Assembly (NCBI GenBank): GCA_965214705.1
Contig: CBDCCI010000002.1
Span: 928,001-992,000, forward strand
DNA length: 64,000 bases
DNA from: Alphaproteobacteria bacterium
GTDB taxonomy: Bacteria; Pseudomonadota; Alphaproteobacteria; UBA828
Reading direction: 5' to 3'
This document shows, one piece after another, positions 1 to 11,874 of the stretch. Position 1 is the stretch's first letter. Each line of letters opens with the position of its first letter. The notes below the pieces were generated by a model. That model saw only the letters and a program-made list of their open reading frames with translations. It made no database searches and was not told the DNA's origin. The position numbers were made by a program, and so were the translations under genes.

Positions 1-41
1 CGCCGCCATCGACGGCCGAGGCGTGGCTCGGAAGACTCGTC

Positions 42-668
42 TCAGCCGGCGGGCTCGCCCCCGTAGAGCCACGGCTGGGCGGCCTTCTGCGTCGCCTCGA
101 AGGCGTCGATCTCGGCGGCCTTGGCCATGGTGATGCCAATGTCGTCGAGCCCGTTCAGCAGCCGGTGCTTGCGGAAGGGCTCGATCTCGAAGCCGACGGT
201 CTCGCCGTTCGAGCGCGTGACGGTCTGCGCCTCCAGATCGACCGTCATCCGGCAGGTCTGGGAATTGCTGGCGTCGTCCATCAGCAGGTTCGCGTCGTCT
301 TCCGGCAGCGGGATCAGCAGGATCCCGTTCTTGACGCAGTTGTTGAAGAAGATGTCGGCGAAGCTCGGCGCGATCACGCAACGAATGCCGAAATCCTCCA
401 GCGCCCAGGGGGCGTGCTCGCGGCTGGAGCCGCAGCCGAAGTTCTGGCCCGCGATCAGGATCTGGGCCCCGCGCCAGGGTTCGCGGTTGAGGACGAAGTC
501 CGGAAGCTCCTTGTCCTCCATGTCGTAGCGGAAATCGTGGAAGAGGCCTTTGCCGAGTCCGGCGCGGCTGATCGCGGTGAGGTACTGCTTGGGAATCAGC
601 TGGTCGGTGTCGACGTTGATCATCGGCAGCGCCGCCGCCGGGCCGGAGAGGGTGGTGAATGTCCGCAT
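42..668 (-). CDS. leuD: 3-isopropylmalate dehydratase small subunit
   Basis: [13 protein letters not shown] and [15 protein letters not shown] motifs; follows leuC. Confidence 0.97.
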   Translation of the reverse strand: MRTFTTLSGPAAALPMINVDTDQLIPKQYLTAISRAGLGKGLFHDFRYDMEDKELPDFVLNREPWRGAQILIAGQNFGCGSSREHAPWALEDFGIRCVIAPSFADIFFNNCVKNGILLIPLPEDDANLLMDDASNSQTCRMTVDLEAQTVTRSNGETVGFEIEPFRKHRLLNGLDDIGITMAKAAEIDAFEATQKAAQPWLYGGEPAG

Positions 669-680
669 GACGGGCCCTCC

Positions 681-2099
<1,419 letters not shown>

Positions 2100-2151
2100 C
2101 GGTGTCCTCCCGCGGCGATGGCCGGCGTGCTCAGTCCTCGGACGCGGCGGT

Positions 2152-2547
2152 CTACTCCGCCTTGGCGGTGACCTTCTTCGCGCCGCGGTCGTCGCGCTTC
2201 TCCCGGATGCGCGCCGACTTGCCGCGCCGGCCGCGCAGGTAATAGAGCTTGGCACGGCGCACCGCCCCCCGCTTCACCACCTCGATCTGCGCGATGCGCG
2301 GCGAGTGCAGCGGGAAGACCCGCTCCACCCCCTCGCCGTAGGAAATCTTGCGGACGGTGAAGGAGGAGTTGAGGCTGCGGTTGCGCCGGGCGATGCAGAC
2401 GCCCTCGAACACCTGCACCCGCTCGCGCGAGCCTTCCACCACCTTGACGTGCACGCGGAGGGTGTCGCCGGGGCCAAAGGTCGGAACCTCCCGCTCTTCC
2501 TGGAGCTTCTCCACGGCCTCGGCATTCAACTGCTCGATCATGTTCAC
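2152..2547 (-). CDS. rplS: 50S ribosomal protein L19
   Basis: [27 protein letters not shown]; conserved rpsP-rimM-trmD-rplS order. Confidence 0.98.
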   Translation of the reverse strand: MNMIEQLNAEAVEKLQEEREVPTFGPGDTLRVHVKVVEGSRERVQVFEGVCIARRNRSLNSSFTVRKISYGEGVERVFPLHSPRIAQIEVVKRGAVRRAKLYYLRGRRGKSARIREKRDDRGAKKVTAKAE

Positions 2548-2574
2548 GGCACTATCCTCGCGATCTCAGGCGCG

Positions 2575-3312
2575 TTATCGACGCGCCTGGTGGCGCGCCC
2601 ACAGGTCGGCGCGCCGCGTTCTGGTCACATGTTCCGCCTGGGCACGGCGCCAAGCGTCGATGGCGGCGTGATCGCCGGAAAGAAGCACCTCCGGCACCGC
2701 ACGGCCTTCGAAAAGGCGGGGGCGGGTGTACTGCGGATACTCCAGCAGGTCGTCCTCAAAACTCTCCTCGACCAGCGAGGAGGGTCGGCCGACCACGCCG
2801 GGCAGCAGGCGCACGCAGGCGTCGATCACCGCCATTGCCGCGATCTCCCCGCCCGACAGGACGTAGTCGCCGACGCTGAGCTCGGCAACGCCTCGGCCTT
2901 CCAACACACGCTCGTCGACTCCTTCGAAACGGCCGCAAATCAGCATCACGCCGGGGCCGACCGCCAATTCCTTCACCTGCTCCTGGGTCAGCGGGGCACC
3001 GCGCGGCGAGAGCAGGAAGCGCGGGGCGCCACCCTCTGCCGGCCCAACCGAATCGATGGCCGCTGCCAGGACATCGGGGCGCATGACCATACCCACCCCG
3101 CCGCCGAACGGGTGATCGTCGACGGTGCCGTGTTTATCGCGCGCAAAGCGGCGGATGTCCACCGTTTCCAGCCGCCAGAGGCCGGAATCGAGGCCGCGGC
3201 CGGCGAGCGTCGCGCCGAGCGGCCCGGGAAAGACCTCGGGATAGAGGGTGAGCACGTGGACGCTCCAGGGCCGGGCACCCGATTGCCCGCTTTCGCGCCG
3301 GTCCGCCGTCAC
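2575..3312 (-). CDS. trmD: tRNA (guanine-N1)-methyltransferase
   Basis: [45 protein letters not shown]. Confidence 0.97.
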   Translation of the reverse strand: MTADRRESGQSGARPWSVHVLTLYPEVFPGPLGATLAGRGLDSGLWRLETVDIRRFARDKHGTVDDHPFGGGVGMVMRPDVLAAAIDSVGPAEGGAPRFLLSPRGAPLTQEQVKELAVGPGVMLICGRFEGVDERVLEGRGVAELSVGDYVLSGGEIAAMAVIDACVRLLPGVVGRPSSLVEESFEDDLLEYPQYTRPRLFEGRAVPEVLLSGDHAAIDAWRRAQAEHVTRTRRADLWARHQARR

Positions 3313-3887
3313 GGCCCTTCCTCCGGGGCGGCAACGACCATGCGGCCGGCCTCGATGTCGATGGCCGGCACGTGCTCCCGCGTGAAGGGGACGAGGGTAG
3401 AGGGCCCGTCGGGCGGCTGAATCTCGACGATGGGTCCGGCGCCGTGGTCGTGAACGGCGCTCACGCGACCCAAGGCGGTGCCATCTTCGCTTTCCGCCCG
3501 GAGGCCGAGGAGATCGACGTGGTAGTACTCCTCGCCCTCGGTCGGCGGCAGCGCCGCCCGCGGGACGTAGAGGTCCGTGCCGCGCAACGCCTCTGCCGCG
3601 TCGCGGTCGTCAATGCCCTCGACGCGGGCGAGCACGAGGCCCTTCACGTGCCCCGTCACCGTGACCGTGAGGCGCCGGGTGCCGGCCTCGTTGCTGAGCG
3701 CGCCGTAAGCGGTGAGGTCGTCCGGATTCGCCGTATGGCTCTTGATGCGCACGATGCCGCGCACACCGTGGGCGCCCACGATGCGCCCGAGACAGACCGT
3801 CTCCGCCCGCCGCGCCGCAGCCTCCCCAGGGGCAGCAGCCGCGGCGGGTGCGGCCTCAGCCCTCGGCCTTCTCTTCGCCCTCGCCAT
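3309..3887 (-). CDS. rimM: 16S rRNA processing protein RimM
   Basis: [25 protein letters not shown] barrel; start taken at ATG 3887 (uncertain), overlapping rpsP end. Confidence 0.92.
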   Translation of the reverse strand: MARAKRRPRAEAAPAAAAAPGEAAARRAETVCLGRIVGAHGVRGIVRIKSHTANPDDLTAYGALSNEAGTRRLTVTVTGHVKGLVLARVEGIDDRDAAEALRGTDLYVPRAALPPTEGEEYYHVDLLGLRAESEDGTALGRVSAVHDHGAGPIVEIQPPDGPSTLVPFTREHVPAIDIEAGRMVVAAPEEGP

Positions 3888-4440
3888 CGTCTGTACCGGC
3901 CTCCTCGGAGGGAGCCTCTTCGGCGGCGGCGTCCTCGGTAGGCGCGGCTTCCTCAGCAGGTGCCTCTTCGGCAGCGACCTCCTCCGGAGCAGCCTCTTCG
4001 GCGGTTTCTTCGGAGGGAGCCTCTTCGGCAGCAGCTTCCTCAGGAGGGGCCTCCTCGGCGACGGATTCCGGGGGAGTCTCTGCTTTGGCCTCGGCCGCCG
4101 CCTTGGCCTTCTCGGCGCGTGCCGCCTGGCGCTCCAGGGCCTTCGCCCTGGGCTGGCCCTTCTGCGGGTTGTTGCGCTGCGCCGGCATCGGGATGATCTC
4201 GGCGGCGCCGAGGAATCGCGCCACGCGATCCGAGGGCAGAGCGCCGACGCCGAGCCAGTGGCGAATGCGCTCCTCGTTAAGGCGCACGCGCTCGGGATGG
4301 TCCTTGGGCAGCATCGGGTCGTAGGTCCCGAGCCTTTCCAGGAAGCGGCCATCGCGCGGGCTACGGGTGTCGGCCACGACCACGCGGTAGAACGGGCGCT
4401 TCTTGGCGCCGGCGCGGGACAGGCGAATTTTCAGTGACAT
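3856..4440 (-). CDS. rpsP: 30S ribosomal protein S16 with long acidic Ala/Glu/Pro C-terminal tail
   Basis: [42 protein letters not shown]. Confidence 0.97.
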   Translation of the reverse strand: MSLKIRLSRAGAKKRPFYRVVVADTRSPRDGRFLERLGTYDPMLPKDHPERVRLNEERIRHWLGVGALPSDRVARFLGAAEIIPMPAQRNNPQKGQPRAKALERQAARAEKAKAAAEAKAETPPESVAEEAPPEEAAAEEAPSEETAEEAAPEEVAAEEAPAEEAAPTEDAAAEEAPSEEAGTDDGEGEEKAEG

Positions 4441-4473
4441 GCTTTCTCCAGTCTTCTTGTGGGCTGCGTGTAA

Positions 4474-5829
4474 TCAGCGGGGCGGCATGATGCCGGGCAT
4501 CCCGGCCCGCATCAGGCCCTTCTCGCCCAGCTTGCCGGCCCGCTTCATCATGACGTTCATCTGCTTCACTTGCTTGAGCAGGCGGTTGATGTCCTGCACG
4601 GTGGTGCCCGAGCCGCCCGCGATGCGCCGCTTGCGCGAGCTGTTGAGCAGCTTGGGGTTGCTCCGCTCGGCCGGTGTCATCGAATCGATGATCGCCTGCT
4701 GGCGGTCGAGCATCTTGATGTCGACATTGGCGTCGGCGAGCTGGCGCTTGACCTTGCCCACCCCCGGCAGCATGCCGAGCAGGCCCTCCATGCCGCCCAT
4801 CTTGCGGACCTGCTGAATTTGCTTGGAGAGGTCGTTGAGGTCGAAGCCGCCCTTCTTGGCCTTGCGGACCAGGCGCTCGGCCTCGTCCTGCTCGATCGTC
4901 TCCTGCGCCCGCTCGACCAGCGAGACCACGTCGCCCATGCCGAGGATGCGCGACGCGATCCGGTCCGGGTGGAAGGGCTCGATGGCGTCGAGCTTCTCGC
5001 CGACGCCGATCAGCTTGATCGGGCAGCCGGTGACCGCGCGCATGCTGAGCGCGGCACCGCCCCGTCCGTCGCCATCGACGCGGGTCAGCGCGATGCCAGT
5101 TAGGCCGATGCGCTCGTGGAAGGCGCTGGCGACGTTGACCGCGTCCTGGCCGGTCAGCGCGTCGGCGACCAGCAGGGTCTCCGCCGGCACCGTCACGTCG
5201 CGGACCGCCGCGCATTCGGCCATCAGCTCCTCGTCCACGTGGAGCCGGCCGGCGGTATCCAGCAGGACCACGTCGTGGCCCTCCTGCGCGGCGGACTTCA
5301 TGGCGCGCCGCGCGATCCCGACCGCGCGCTCGCCGGGGATCACCGGCAGCACATCAACCTCGGCCTGCACAGCGAGCGTCGCGAGCTGCTCCATGGCCGC
5401 AGGCCGGCTGGTGTCGAGCGAGGCCATCAGCACGCGCTTCTTGTGGCTCACGCGCAGGAAGAGGCCGAGCTTGGCCGTCGTGGTGGTCTTGCCCGAGCCC
5501 TGCAGGCCCACCATGAGGACGGCGGCAGGCGGCGTGGCCGCAGCGATACCGATCTCGGCTGTCTCGCCGCCCAGCATCTCGATCAGGTGATCGTTCACGA
5601 TCTTGATCACCTGCTGGCCCGGCGCCACGCTCTTCAGCACGTCGGCGCCGATCGCCTTCTCGCTGACGGCCGTGACGAAGTCCTTGACCACGGGGAGCGC
5701 GACATCGGCTTCGAGCAGGGCGATCCGCACGTCGCGGAGCGCGGCGCTCACGTCCGCCTCGCTCAGCGCGCCGCGCCGCGTCAGCGTCTCGAAGACCCCG
5801 TTGAGCCTGCCGGACAGACTATCGAACAC
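4474..5829 (-). CDS. ffh: Signal recognition particle protein Ffh
   Basis: GLQGSGKTTT, DTAGR, RILGMGDV, Met-rich M domain; GTG start at 5829. Confidence 0.97.
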   Translation of the reverse strand: MFDSLSGRLNGVFETLTRRGALSEADVSAALRDVRIALLEADVALPVVKDFVTAVSEKAIGADVLKSVAPGQQVIKIVNDHLIEMLGGETAEIGIAAATPPAAVLMVGLQGSGKTTTTAKLGLFLRVSHKKRVLMASLDTSRPAAMEQLATLAVQAEVDVLPVIPGERAVGIARRAMKSAAQEGHDVVLLDTAGRLHVDEELMAECAAVRDVTVPAETLLVADALTGQDAVNVASAFHERIGLTGIALTRVDGDGRGGAALSMRAVTGCPIKLIGVGEKLDAIEPFHPDRIASRILGMGDVVSLVERAQETIEQDEAERLVRKAKKGGFDLNDLSKQIQQVRKMGGMEGLLGMLPGVGKVKRQLADANVDIKMLDRQQAIIDSMTPAERSNPKLLNSSRKRRIAGGSGTTVQDINRLLKQVKQMNVMMKRAGKLGEKGLMRAGMPGIMPPR

Positions 5830-5849
5830 GCCGTTCTCCCGCCCCAACG

Positions 5850-5906
5850 GTCGGCGCGCCGGCGCGCGACACTCGCGGACCGACGTCCCTCCTCGAAGGG
5901 TGGCCT
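5850..5906 (-). ncRNA. Probable alphaproteobacterial ffh leader RNA
   Basis: 5' UTR of ffh reads CCACCCTTCGAGGAGGGACGTCGGTCCGCGAGTGTCGCGCGCCGGCGCG on the minus strand, resembling from memory the ffh-leader motif of Alphaproteobacteria; boundaries approximate. Confidence 0.5.
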
Positions 5907-5963
5907 GTTACAACCTCTCGAAACGCGCGGACCCTAAGCCCGCGCTCGCACCGGGTCAAGGCG

Positions 5964-6839
5964 CTACGCTGGCCCGGACCAACCGCGAACCTCGACGCTC
6001 TCGTTGTCGGTCGCGCTCGGATTCCATGTCACCGGCGCGCCCAGCGGCGAGTCAGCGGAGTCCGCTCGTCCGCGGGTCACGCGATCAAAGACCTCAAAGT
6101 AGTTCGGATGCTCCGTGCCTGCCAAGCGGTCCCACCAGGTAAAATAGAGGCCGTAATTCGACCCTCTGGAGCTGTGATGAAGGTCGTGATGTGTGTTCGT
6201 GGTCAAGACACCGAGCACCGCATGCGCCGGCACGCCCCGCGGAAACAGCTCGAAGCCGCTGTGACCGATGACGTTGCGGACGATCATGTGAAGCATGAAC
6301 AGATAAATGACCGCGACGTGCAGCGGCAGAACGAATATCAGGATTGTCAGGAACATCGCCTGAATCACGGCTTCCAGAGGCGCAAAGGCGTAGGCCGCCC
6401 AGGGCGACGGGCTGTGCGATTCGTGATGCAGCCGGTGGAACCGCTCGAACAGGAGCGGATGGTGCATCAGGCGGTGTGTCCAATAGAAATAGGCATCGTG
6501 GAGCACGACGGTTACCGCCAGACTGAAGAGGCCGTAGAGCCAGCCGTAATCCGCGAAGTCCGTGTAAATCAGCGTCCAGCCGTTCGCCATCGAGACGTAG
6601 ATGAAGACGCCGTTGAGCGCGAAGATGAACGCCGTGAAAAGCGAATAGAGCACCTCGCGCCGGATCGCGTGGGACGGGGCGAAGCCGGGCTGGATCTTGC
6701 GCCTGCGGAAGGGATTGCCCTTCCAGACCCAGAGAGCGAGAAACGCGACGCTCGCCGGAACGACGATGAGCAGAACGTGCACACCGAGAATCGTGGGCCA
6801 CACCGGCCAGGCCGCGATCAGATCGTCGAAAGCGGCCAT
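5964..6839 (-). CDS. Sterol desaturase / fatty acid hydroxylase family membrane protein
   Basis: His boxes YWTHRLMHH, HRLHH, HHDLHH and NYGLYFTWWDRLAGT; TM segments. Confidence 0.9.
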   Translation of the reverse strand: MAAFDDLIAAWPVWPTILGVHVLLIVVPASVAFLALWVWKGNPFRRRKIQPGFAPSHAIRREVLYSLFTAFIFALNGVFIYVSMANGWTLIYTDFADYGWLYGLFSLAVTVVLHDAYFYWTHRLMHHPLLFERFHRLHHESHSPSPWAAYAFAPLEAVIQAMFLTILIFVLPLHVAVIYLFMLHMIVRNVIGHSGFELFPRGVPAHAVLGVLTTNTHHDLHHSSRGSNYGLYFTWWDRLAGTEHPNYFEVFDRVTRGRADSADSPLGAPVTWNPSATDNESVEVRGWSGPA

Positions 6840-6992
6840 GGCTGTCCTGCTTCTTGGGGTCTGGGAACCGCATCGTGGGCGGTGCGGGCGGCGGACGTGC
6901 CTTCCCCGGTGATGAGGTTGGCCAGCGGAACCTTAGCCTACGAGGCGACGGTTAGCCATGCGCCGACGACGAGGGCGACGCACCAGACTGCT

Positions 6993-7853
6993 TCACGCGC
7001 ACAGGAAGAGGCGGCCGACCTCGGGGTCTTCGAGCAGGGCGTCGCCGGGGCCGGCCATGGCAAGCCGGCCGGAGACGAGGACGTAGCCGATATCGGCGAA
7101 CTCCAGCCCCTTCTTGGCGTTCTGCTCGACCATCACGATGGTCTTGCCGTCGCGGCGCTGCAGGTCCTCCAGAATCTCGAACACCTGATCGATGAAGCGG
7201 GGCTCGAGCCCGATGGAGGGCTCGTCCACCAGTAGCACCTTGGGCTCCATGATGAGCGCGCGCGAGATTTCCAGCAGGCGGCGCTCGCCGCCGGAGAGCA
7301 CGCCGGCCCTGCGGTGACGGCGCTGGGCCAGCCTCTCGTAGCGGTCGAACACACGCTCGGCCGCCTGTTTTGCCGCACCGCGCCGGTGGAGCAGGAAGCC
7401 CCCCATCAGCAGGTTCTCCTCCACCGTCATGTTGGGGAAGACGGAGTTGTCCTGCAGCACGTAAGCGACGCCGGCGTCGGCGAGGCGACGGCTGGAGGCG
7501 AGGCGGGTGACGTCCTTCAAGCCCACCTGGATGCTGCCGGCCATCACGTCGGAGAAGCCGAAGATGGCATGGAGCACGGTGGACTTGCCGGCGCCGTTGG
7601 GTCCGATGAGGCAGAGCGACTGGCCCCGGCCGGCCACGAGGTCGATGCCGTGGAGGATCTCCATGCGGCCGTAGCCCGCGCTCAGGCCCCGGATGTCGAC
7701 GGCGGGCTCGCCCTGGCAGAGCGCCTCCAGGTCATCCCGCGATGGCCCTTCGCCCGCGAGCTCGCGCGCGACCTCCTCCACGGCGTCCACCGAGAGCGCG
7801 GTCTCGAAGTCCATCGGCACGTCGGTGCCGGTGCCGGGCGGCGTCGCGGCCAT
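6993..7853 (-). CDS. Branched-chain amino acid-type ABC ATPase (LivF-like)
   Basis: GPNGAGKST, LSGGE, LLVDEPSIGL, VEQN. Confidence 0.93.
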   Translation of the reverse strand: MAATPPGTGTDVPMDFETALSVDAVEEVARELAGEGPSRDDLEALCQGEPAVDIRGLSAGYGRMEILHGIDLVAGRGQSLCLIGPNGAGKSTVLHAIFGFSDVMAGSIQVGLKDVTRLASSRRLADAGVAYVLQDNSVFPNMTVEENLLMGGFLLHRRGAAKQAAERVFDRYERLAQRRHRRAGVLSGGERRLLEISRALIMEPKVLLVDEPSIGLEPRFIDQVFEILEDLQRRDGKTIVMVEQNAKKGLEFADIGYVLVSGRLAMAGPGDALLEDPEVGRLFLCA

Positions 7854-8596
7854 CAGCGCGCCCCCAGGTAGGCGTCGATCACGCGCTGATCGTTGCGCAG
7901 CGCCTCGGGCGGACCGCTGGCGAGCAGCCGGCCGTGGGCCAGGCAGTGGATGTGCTCGGCCAGGCTCATGATGACGCGCATGTTGTGCTCGATGACGAAG
8001 AGCGTGACGCCGAACTCCCGGTTGGCGCGCTGCAGCCGCTCGATCACGCCGTTGATCAGCGTCGGGTTGATGCCGGCCGTCGGCTCGTCCAGCAGCAGCA
8101 TGCGCGGGCGCACCATCAGCGCCATCGCGAGCTCCAGCAGCTTGCGCTGGCCGAAGGAGAGCTCGCCCGCCATCAGGTGGCGCTTGCCGTAAAGGCCGCA
8201 GAAGGCGAGCAGCGCCTCCGCCCGCTCGCGGGTCTCGGCGGAGACCGGCCGCATCAGCCGGAACAGCCCGTGCCCCGCCTCGACATCGCTGATTGCCATG
8301 TTCTGCAGGCCGGTCATCCGCACGAAGACATGGGTCTGCTGGAAGGTGCGGATCAGCCCGAGGCGCGCGATCTCGGCCGTGCGCAGGCGCGTGATCTCGC
8401 GCCCCTCGAAGCGGATCGAGCCGCCGTCCACCGGGTGATAGCCGACGATCGAGTTGAATAGCGTCGACTTGCCCGAGCCGTTCGGCCCGATCAGGCCGAT
8501 CACTCGACCCTCCGGCACCTCCAGCGAGATATCCTCGTTGGCGGTGATGCCGCCGAAATGCTTGGTGGCGCCCTGGATCGTGAGCTGCGCGCTCAT
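7853..8596 (-). CDS. Branched-chain amino acid-type ABC ATPase (LivG-like)
   Basis: Start MSAQLTIQ at 8596; GPNGSGKST, LSFGQ, LLLDEP, IEHNM, AYLG. Confidence 0.93.
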   Translation of the reverse strand: MSAQLTIQGATKHFGGITANEDISLEVPEGRVIGLIGPNGSGKSTLFNSIVGYHPVDGGSIRFEGREITRLRTAEIARLGLIRTFQQTHVFVRMTGLQNMAISDVEAGHGLFRLMRPVSAETRERAEALLAFCGLYGKRHLMAGELSFGQRKLLELAMALMVRPRMLLLDEPTAGINPTLINGVIERLQRANREFGVTLFVIEHNMRVIMSLAEHIHCLAHGRLLASGPPEALRNDQRVIDAYLGAR

Positions 8597-9567
8597 GCCC
8601 GCTCGCTCCCCTGCTCGCGGGGCTCGTGGCGCTCGGGCCAGCGGGTCCGCGCCCAGCCGAGGATGCCTTGCGGGAAGAACACCACGATGGCGACGATGAT
8701 CACGCCGAGCGCCACGCGCTGCCAGCCGAGCAGGTGGGTCCAGAGCAGTTCCTGGGTGATGTGGAAGATGACGGCGCCGAGCACCGGGCCCCAGAGCGTG
8801 CCTTTGCCGCCCAGGATCGCCATCAGCACCATCCAGACGCCGAAGGTGGCGCCGGCGAAGGCGGTATCGCGCGGGTCGACGAAGCCCAGCATGTTGCCCA
8901 TGGCGCCGCCCACGAGCCCCAGCACGAAGGCCGCCATGGTCCAGGCCGTGACCTTGTAGACCCCCGTGTGGAGCCCCATGGCCTCGGCCTTGTCCTCGTT
9001 GTCGCGGATGGCGTTGAGGGCAAGCGCGAAGCGGGTGCGATAGAGCATGGCGAGCGCCGCGAAGACGAGCGCCGCGAGGCCGAAGTAGAGATAGGCGAAG
9101 AAGAGGTTTGCGGTTGCCGGCGGTGCCGGGAAGAGTGGTGGCGAGAGCCCGGAGCCCGCGCCCAGGTAGTCCCATCCGCCCGCGATCTCGCCGGCCGCGA
9201 TGCCGCGCCCGAGCGTCGCGATGGCGAAGTAGTGGCCCCGCATGCGCAGAATCATCGAGCCCAGCAGCACGGCAAGCGCGGCGGCGATCCCCGCGCCTAC
9301 CACCATGCCGAGCACGAGGCCGGGGAAGTAGTCGAGCCCCACGTCCCGCTGCACGACGACCGAGGCGTACATGCCGACGCCGAAGAAGAGGATGTTGCCG
9401 AAGCTGTTGTAGCCGGTCTGGCCGCCGGTGATGTCCCAGGTCTGGGCCATGATGACGAGCGCCCAGAGCATCGCGATCTGCGCCCGGTAGTCGGGGATCA
9501 CGAAGGGGAGCGCCACACCCGCAGCGGCGACGGCCAGCATGAGCAGCGGCTGGCGGCGGAGCGTCAC
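8593..9567 (-). CDS. ABC permease (LivM-like)
   Basis: GQTGYNSFG, GHYFAIATL, ILGGKGTLWGP, FFPQGI; GTG start at 9567. Confidence 0.9.
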   Translation of the reverse strand: MTLRRQPLLMLAVAAAGVALPFVIPDYRAQIAMLWALVIMAQTWDITGGQTGYNSFGNILFFGVGMYASVVVQRDVGLDYFPGLVLGMVVGAGIAAALAVLLGSMILRMRGHYFAIATLGRGIAAGEIAGGWDYLGAGSGLSPPLFPAPPATANLFFAYLYFGLAALVFAALAMLYRTRFALALNAIRDNEDKAEAMGLHTGVYKVTAWTMAAFVLGLVGGAMGNMLGFVDPRDTAFAGATFGVWMVLMAILGGKGTLWGPVLGAVIFHITQELLWTHLLGWQRVALGVIIVAIVVFFPQGILGWARTRWPERHEPREQGSERA

Positions 9568-10466
9568 TTGAGGAACTGCCTGCGCCGTTGCAGCAAGGAA
9601 CTGCGGATGACGAGGATCACCACCAGCAGGATGAAGACGAAGGCCACCTGGTACTGCACGCCCAGGATGAAGCCGGCGAAGTTCTCCGCCGCGCCGAGGC
9701 CGAGGCCCGCCACAATCACGCCCGGCAGATTGCCGAGCCCTGCCACGATCACGATCATGAAGGAGCGCACGGTGTAAGGCAGCCCGATGTAGGGGTGCAC
9801 CGAGTAAGCCATCACCACCAGCGCGCCGGCGGCGCCGCAGAGCGCGGCGTTGATGCCGTAAGTGGCGGCGAAGACGCGGTTGGTGTCGATGCCGAGAATG
9901 CGGGCGGCGCGAGGGTTCTGCGCAGTGGCCCGGATTGCCTGGCCGATCCGGCTCTTCTTGAGGAAGAGGATCAGCACGCCACCGATGACGATAGCGCCGC
10001 CGCAGGCTGCGGCCTTCATCTGCGAGACCGTCACCGTGTAGTCGAGCAGGAACCACGTGCCGAGGCCCGACTGGGCCGTCCTGACGTCGCCGCCCCAGAT
10101 CTGGTTCATCAGCTGCTGCAGCAGGATGGAGAGCCCGAACGTGGCGAGCAGCGAGATGAACATGTCGCGGTCCGCCACGCGCCGGATCACGCCGTAGTAA
10201 AGACCGGTGCCGATGACGTAGAGCACGATTGCCGCCACGGGAATGCCCCAGAGCGGGCTCACGCCCCAGAGCGTGAGCTGGTAGGCGATGAAGCCGCCCA
10301 GCATCACCAACTCGCCCTGGACGACGTTGATGACGTTCATCACGCCCCAGACCAGCGCCATGCCGTAGGCGGCGACGGCGAAGATGGCGCCGATCATCAG
10401 CCCGTCCAGCAACAGTTGGAGGATGAGGAACGGCGCGTCCCCCAGGAGTGCGACGTTTGCTGCCAT
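9564..10466 (-). CDS. ABC permease (LivH-like)
   Basis: LVWGVMNVINVVQGE, GQAIRATAQN, AGLGNLPG. Confidence 0.92.
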   Translation of the reverse strand: MAANVALLGDAPFLILQLLLDGLMIGAIFAVAAYGMALVWGVMNVINVVQGELVMLGGFIAYQLTLWGVSPLWGIPVAAIVLYVIGTGLYYGVIRRVADRDMFISLLATFGLSILLQQLMNQIWGGDVRTAQSGLGTWFLLDYTVTVSQMKAAACGGAIVIGGVLILFLKKSRIGQAIRATAQNPRAARILGIDTNRVFAATYGINAALCGAAGALVVMAYSVHPYIGLPYTVRSFMIVIVAGLGNLPGVIVAGLGLGAAENFAGFILGVQYQVAFVFILLVVILVIRSSLLQRRRQFLK

Positions 10467-10549
10467 GTCTATCCGGCCGGGGTGGGTCTAACGGCCGTGA
10501 GAGCTAGCGGATCAGGCCTCCGCACACCAGAGATGCGTGCGGGCTGCGC

Positions 10550-11788
10550 TTACCGCTCGGCCCACGGCGGCGTCGGATGACGGACCTCCGAGGCAGCCCA
10601 CCTGGTCGGCGCGACCACGATATAGGCGCCGTCCTGAATCTGGTAGAGCACCATGGGCTTCGCGATGTTCTTGCCGGTCTCGTCGAACTTGATGTTGCCA
10701 TAGAAGGTCTGCATCTCTGTCCCGGCGAGCGCGTCGCGCACCGCGTCCTTGTCGAAGCCGCCGGCGCGCTCGAAGGCGTCCGCGAAGACAATCACCGCGG
10801 CAGAGGATTCCGCGGCCTGATAAGGCGGCGCGTAGCCGTATTCGGCCTCGAAGGTCGCGGCATAATCGCCCGCCGAGCCGAAGACATCGTCGCGGTAGGA
10901 GAGCGTCGGCGCCCACTGGCTCGCACAAAGCGTGTACTCGGACGCTGCGCCGAACTTGCCGATCACGTCGGCGCTGTCGCAGTGGGTGATCGCCAGCATC
11001 GGCACGTCGACCCGCATCTCCTCCACCTGCCGGATGGCGAGCGCCGCGCCCTTCGAGTGGCCCGAGACCACGAGGATGTCGGGCTTTAGCGCCTTCGTCT
11101 TGGCGAGCGTCGCCGCCATGTCGTTGAGCTCGGGCGGCAATTGATCGTCGATCACGACCTGGATGCCGAGCCCCGCCGCATCGGCGAGCACGCCCGCACG
11201 GATGTCCTGGCTGAAGGGGTCGTTCTCGAAGGCGCCTGCGAGCTTCAGCGTGGCCGGGTCGCGCCCCTCGCGCTCAGCAAGCTCGGCCGCCAGCGCGACC
11301 GCACTCGCGAGGTACTGCTCGGTGGTGGAGAGCACCGCGAACAGGTAGCGGTAGCCCTTGTTGAAGAGCTGGAGCGAGGCGCCGTTGGCCTCCACCATGG
11401 GCACACCGTACTGCTCGGTGACCGGCGCGATGGCCTTGGTGAGCCCGGAGCTGTAGGGGCCCAGCATGAACTCAACGCCGTCCTGATTGATCAGCCGCTC
11501 GGCGAGTTGCGCGCCGCGTGCGGGCGTCGATTCGTCGTCGTAGTAGATGACCTCCAGGCGGTAGGTCTGGTCGCCCACAGTGATGCCACCGGCGTCGTTG
11601 ATGGTCTTGACGGCCAGGTCGTAGCCCCGCTGGGTGTGCTCGCCGGCGGTGGTGTACTTCCCTGTCAGCGACACGGCGGCGCCGAGGTAGACGGTGTCGC
11701 CTTCCACCTTCGCCAGTGCCTCACCCGCGGCGAGAACGCTCAGGCCGAGCGCTGCAATGCCGGCGATGCCGGCCCATGCCTTCACCAT
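10550..11788 (-). CDS. Amino acid ABC substrate-binding protein (LivK/PBP1 family)
   Basis: Signal peptide MVKAWAGIAG...ALA; YDDES, LGPYSSG, TFYGNIKFDETG. Confidence 0.9.
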   Translation of the reverse strand: MVKAWAGIAGIAALGLSVLAAGEALAKVEGDTVYLGAAVSLTGKYTTAGEHTQRGYDLAVKTINDAGGITVGDQTYRLEVIYYDDESTPARGAQLAERLINQDGVEFMLGPYSSGLTKAIAPVTEQYGVPMVEANGASLQLFNKGYRYLFAVLSTTEQYLASAVALAAELAEREGRDPATLKLAGAFENDPFSQDIRAGVLADAAGLGIQVVIDDQLPPELNDMAATLAKTKALKPDILVVSGHSKGAALAIRQVEEMRVDVPMLAITHCDSADVIGKFGAASEYTLCASQWAPTLSYRDDVFGSAGDYAATFEAEYGYAPPYQAAESSAAVIVFADAFERAGGFDKDAVRDALAGTEMQTFYGNIKFDETGKNIAKPMVLYQIQDGAYIVVAPTRWAASEVRHPTPPWAER

Positions 11789-11874
11789 GACGACCCTCCA
11801 ATTGAGACTGCCGCCGCTTTCGTCAATCGTGGCGAAGGCCGGCGACGCTGTCCACCGTGTGCAGGAATGCCCAA

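Noticed and set aside
1-41. Possible start of a minus-strand gene (ATG at 9-7, perhaps leuB)
   Set aside because: Only three codons are visible; cannot be supported.
3900-4080. Regular repeats that might be a CRISPR array
   Set aside because: They are 15-bp degenerate coding repeats in the rpsP tail with no unique spacers and no cas genes.
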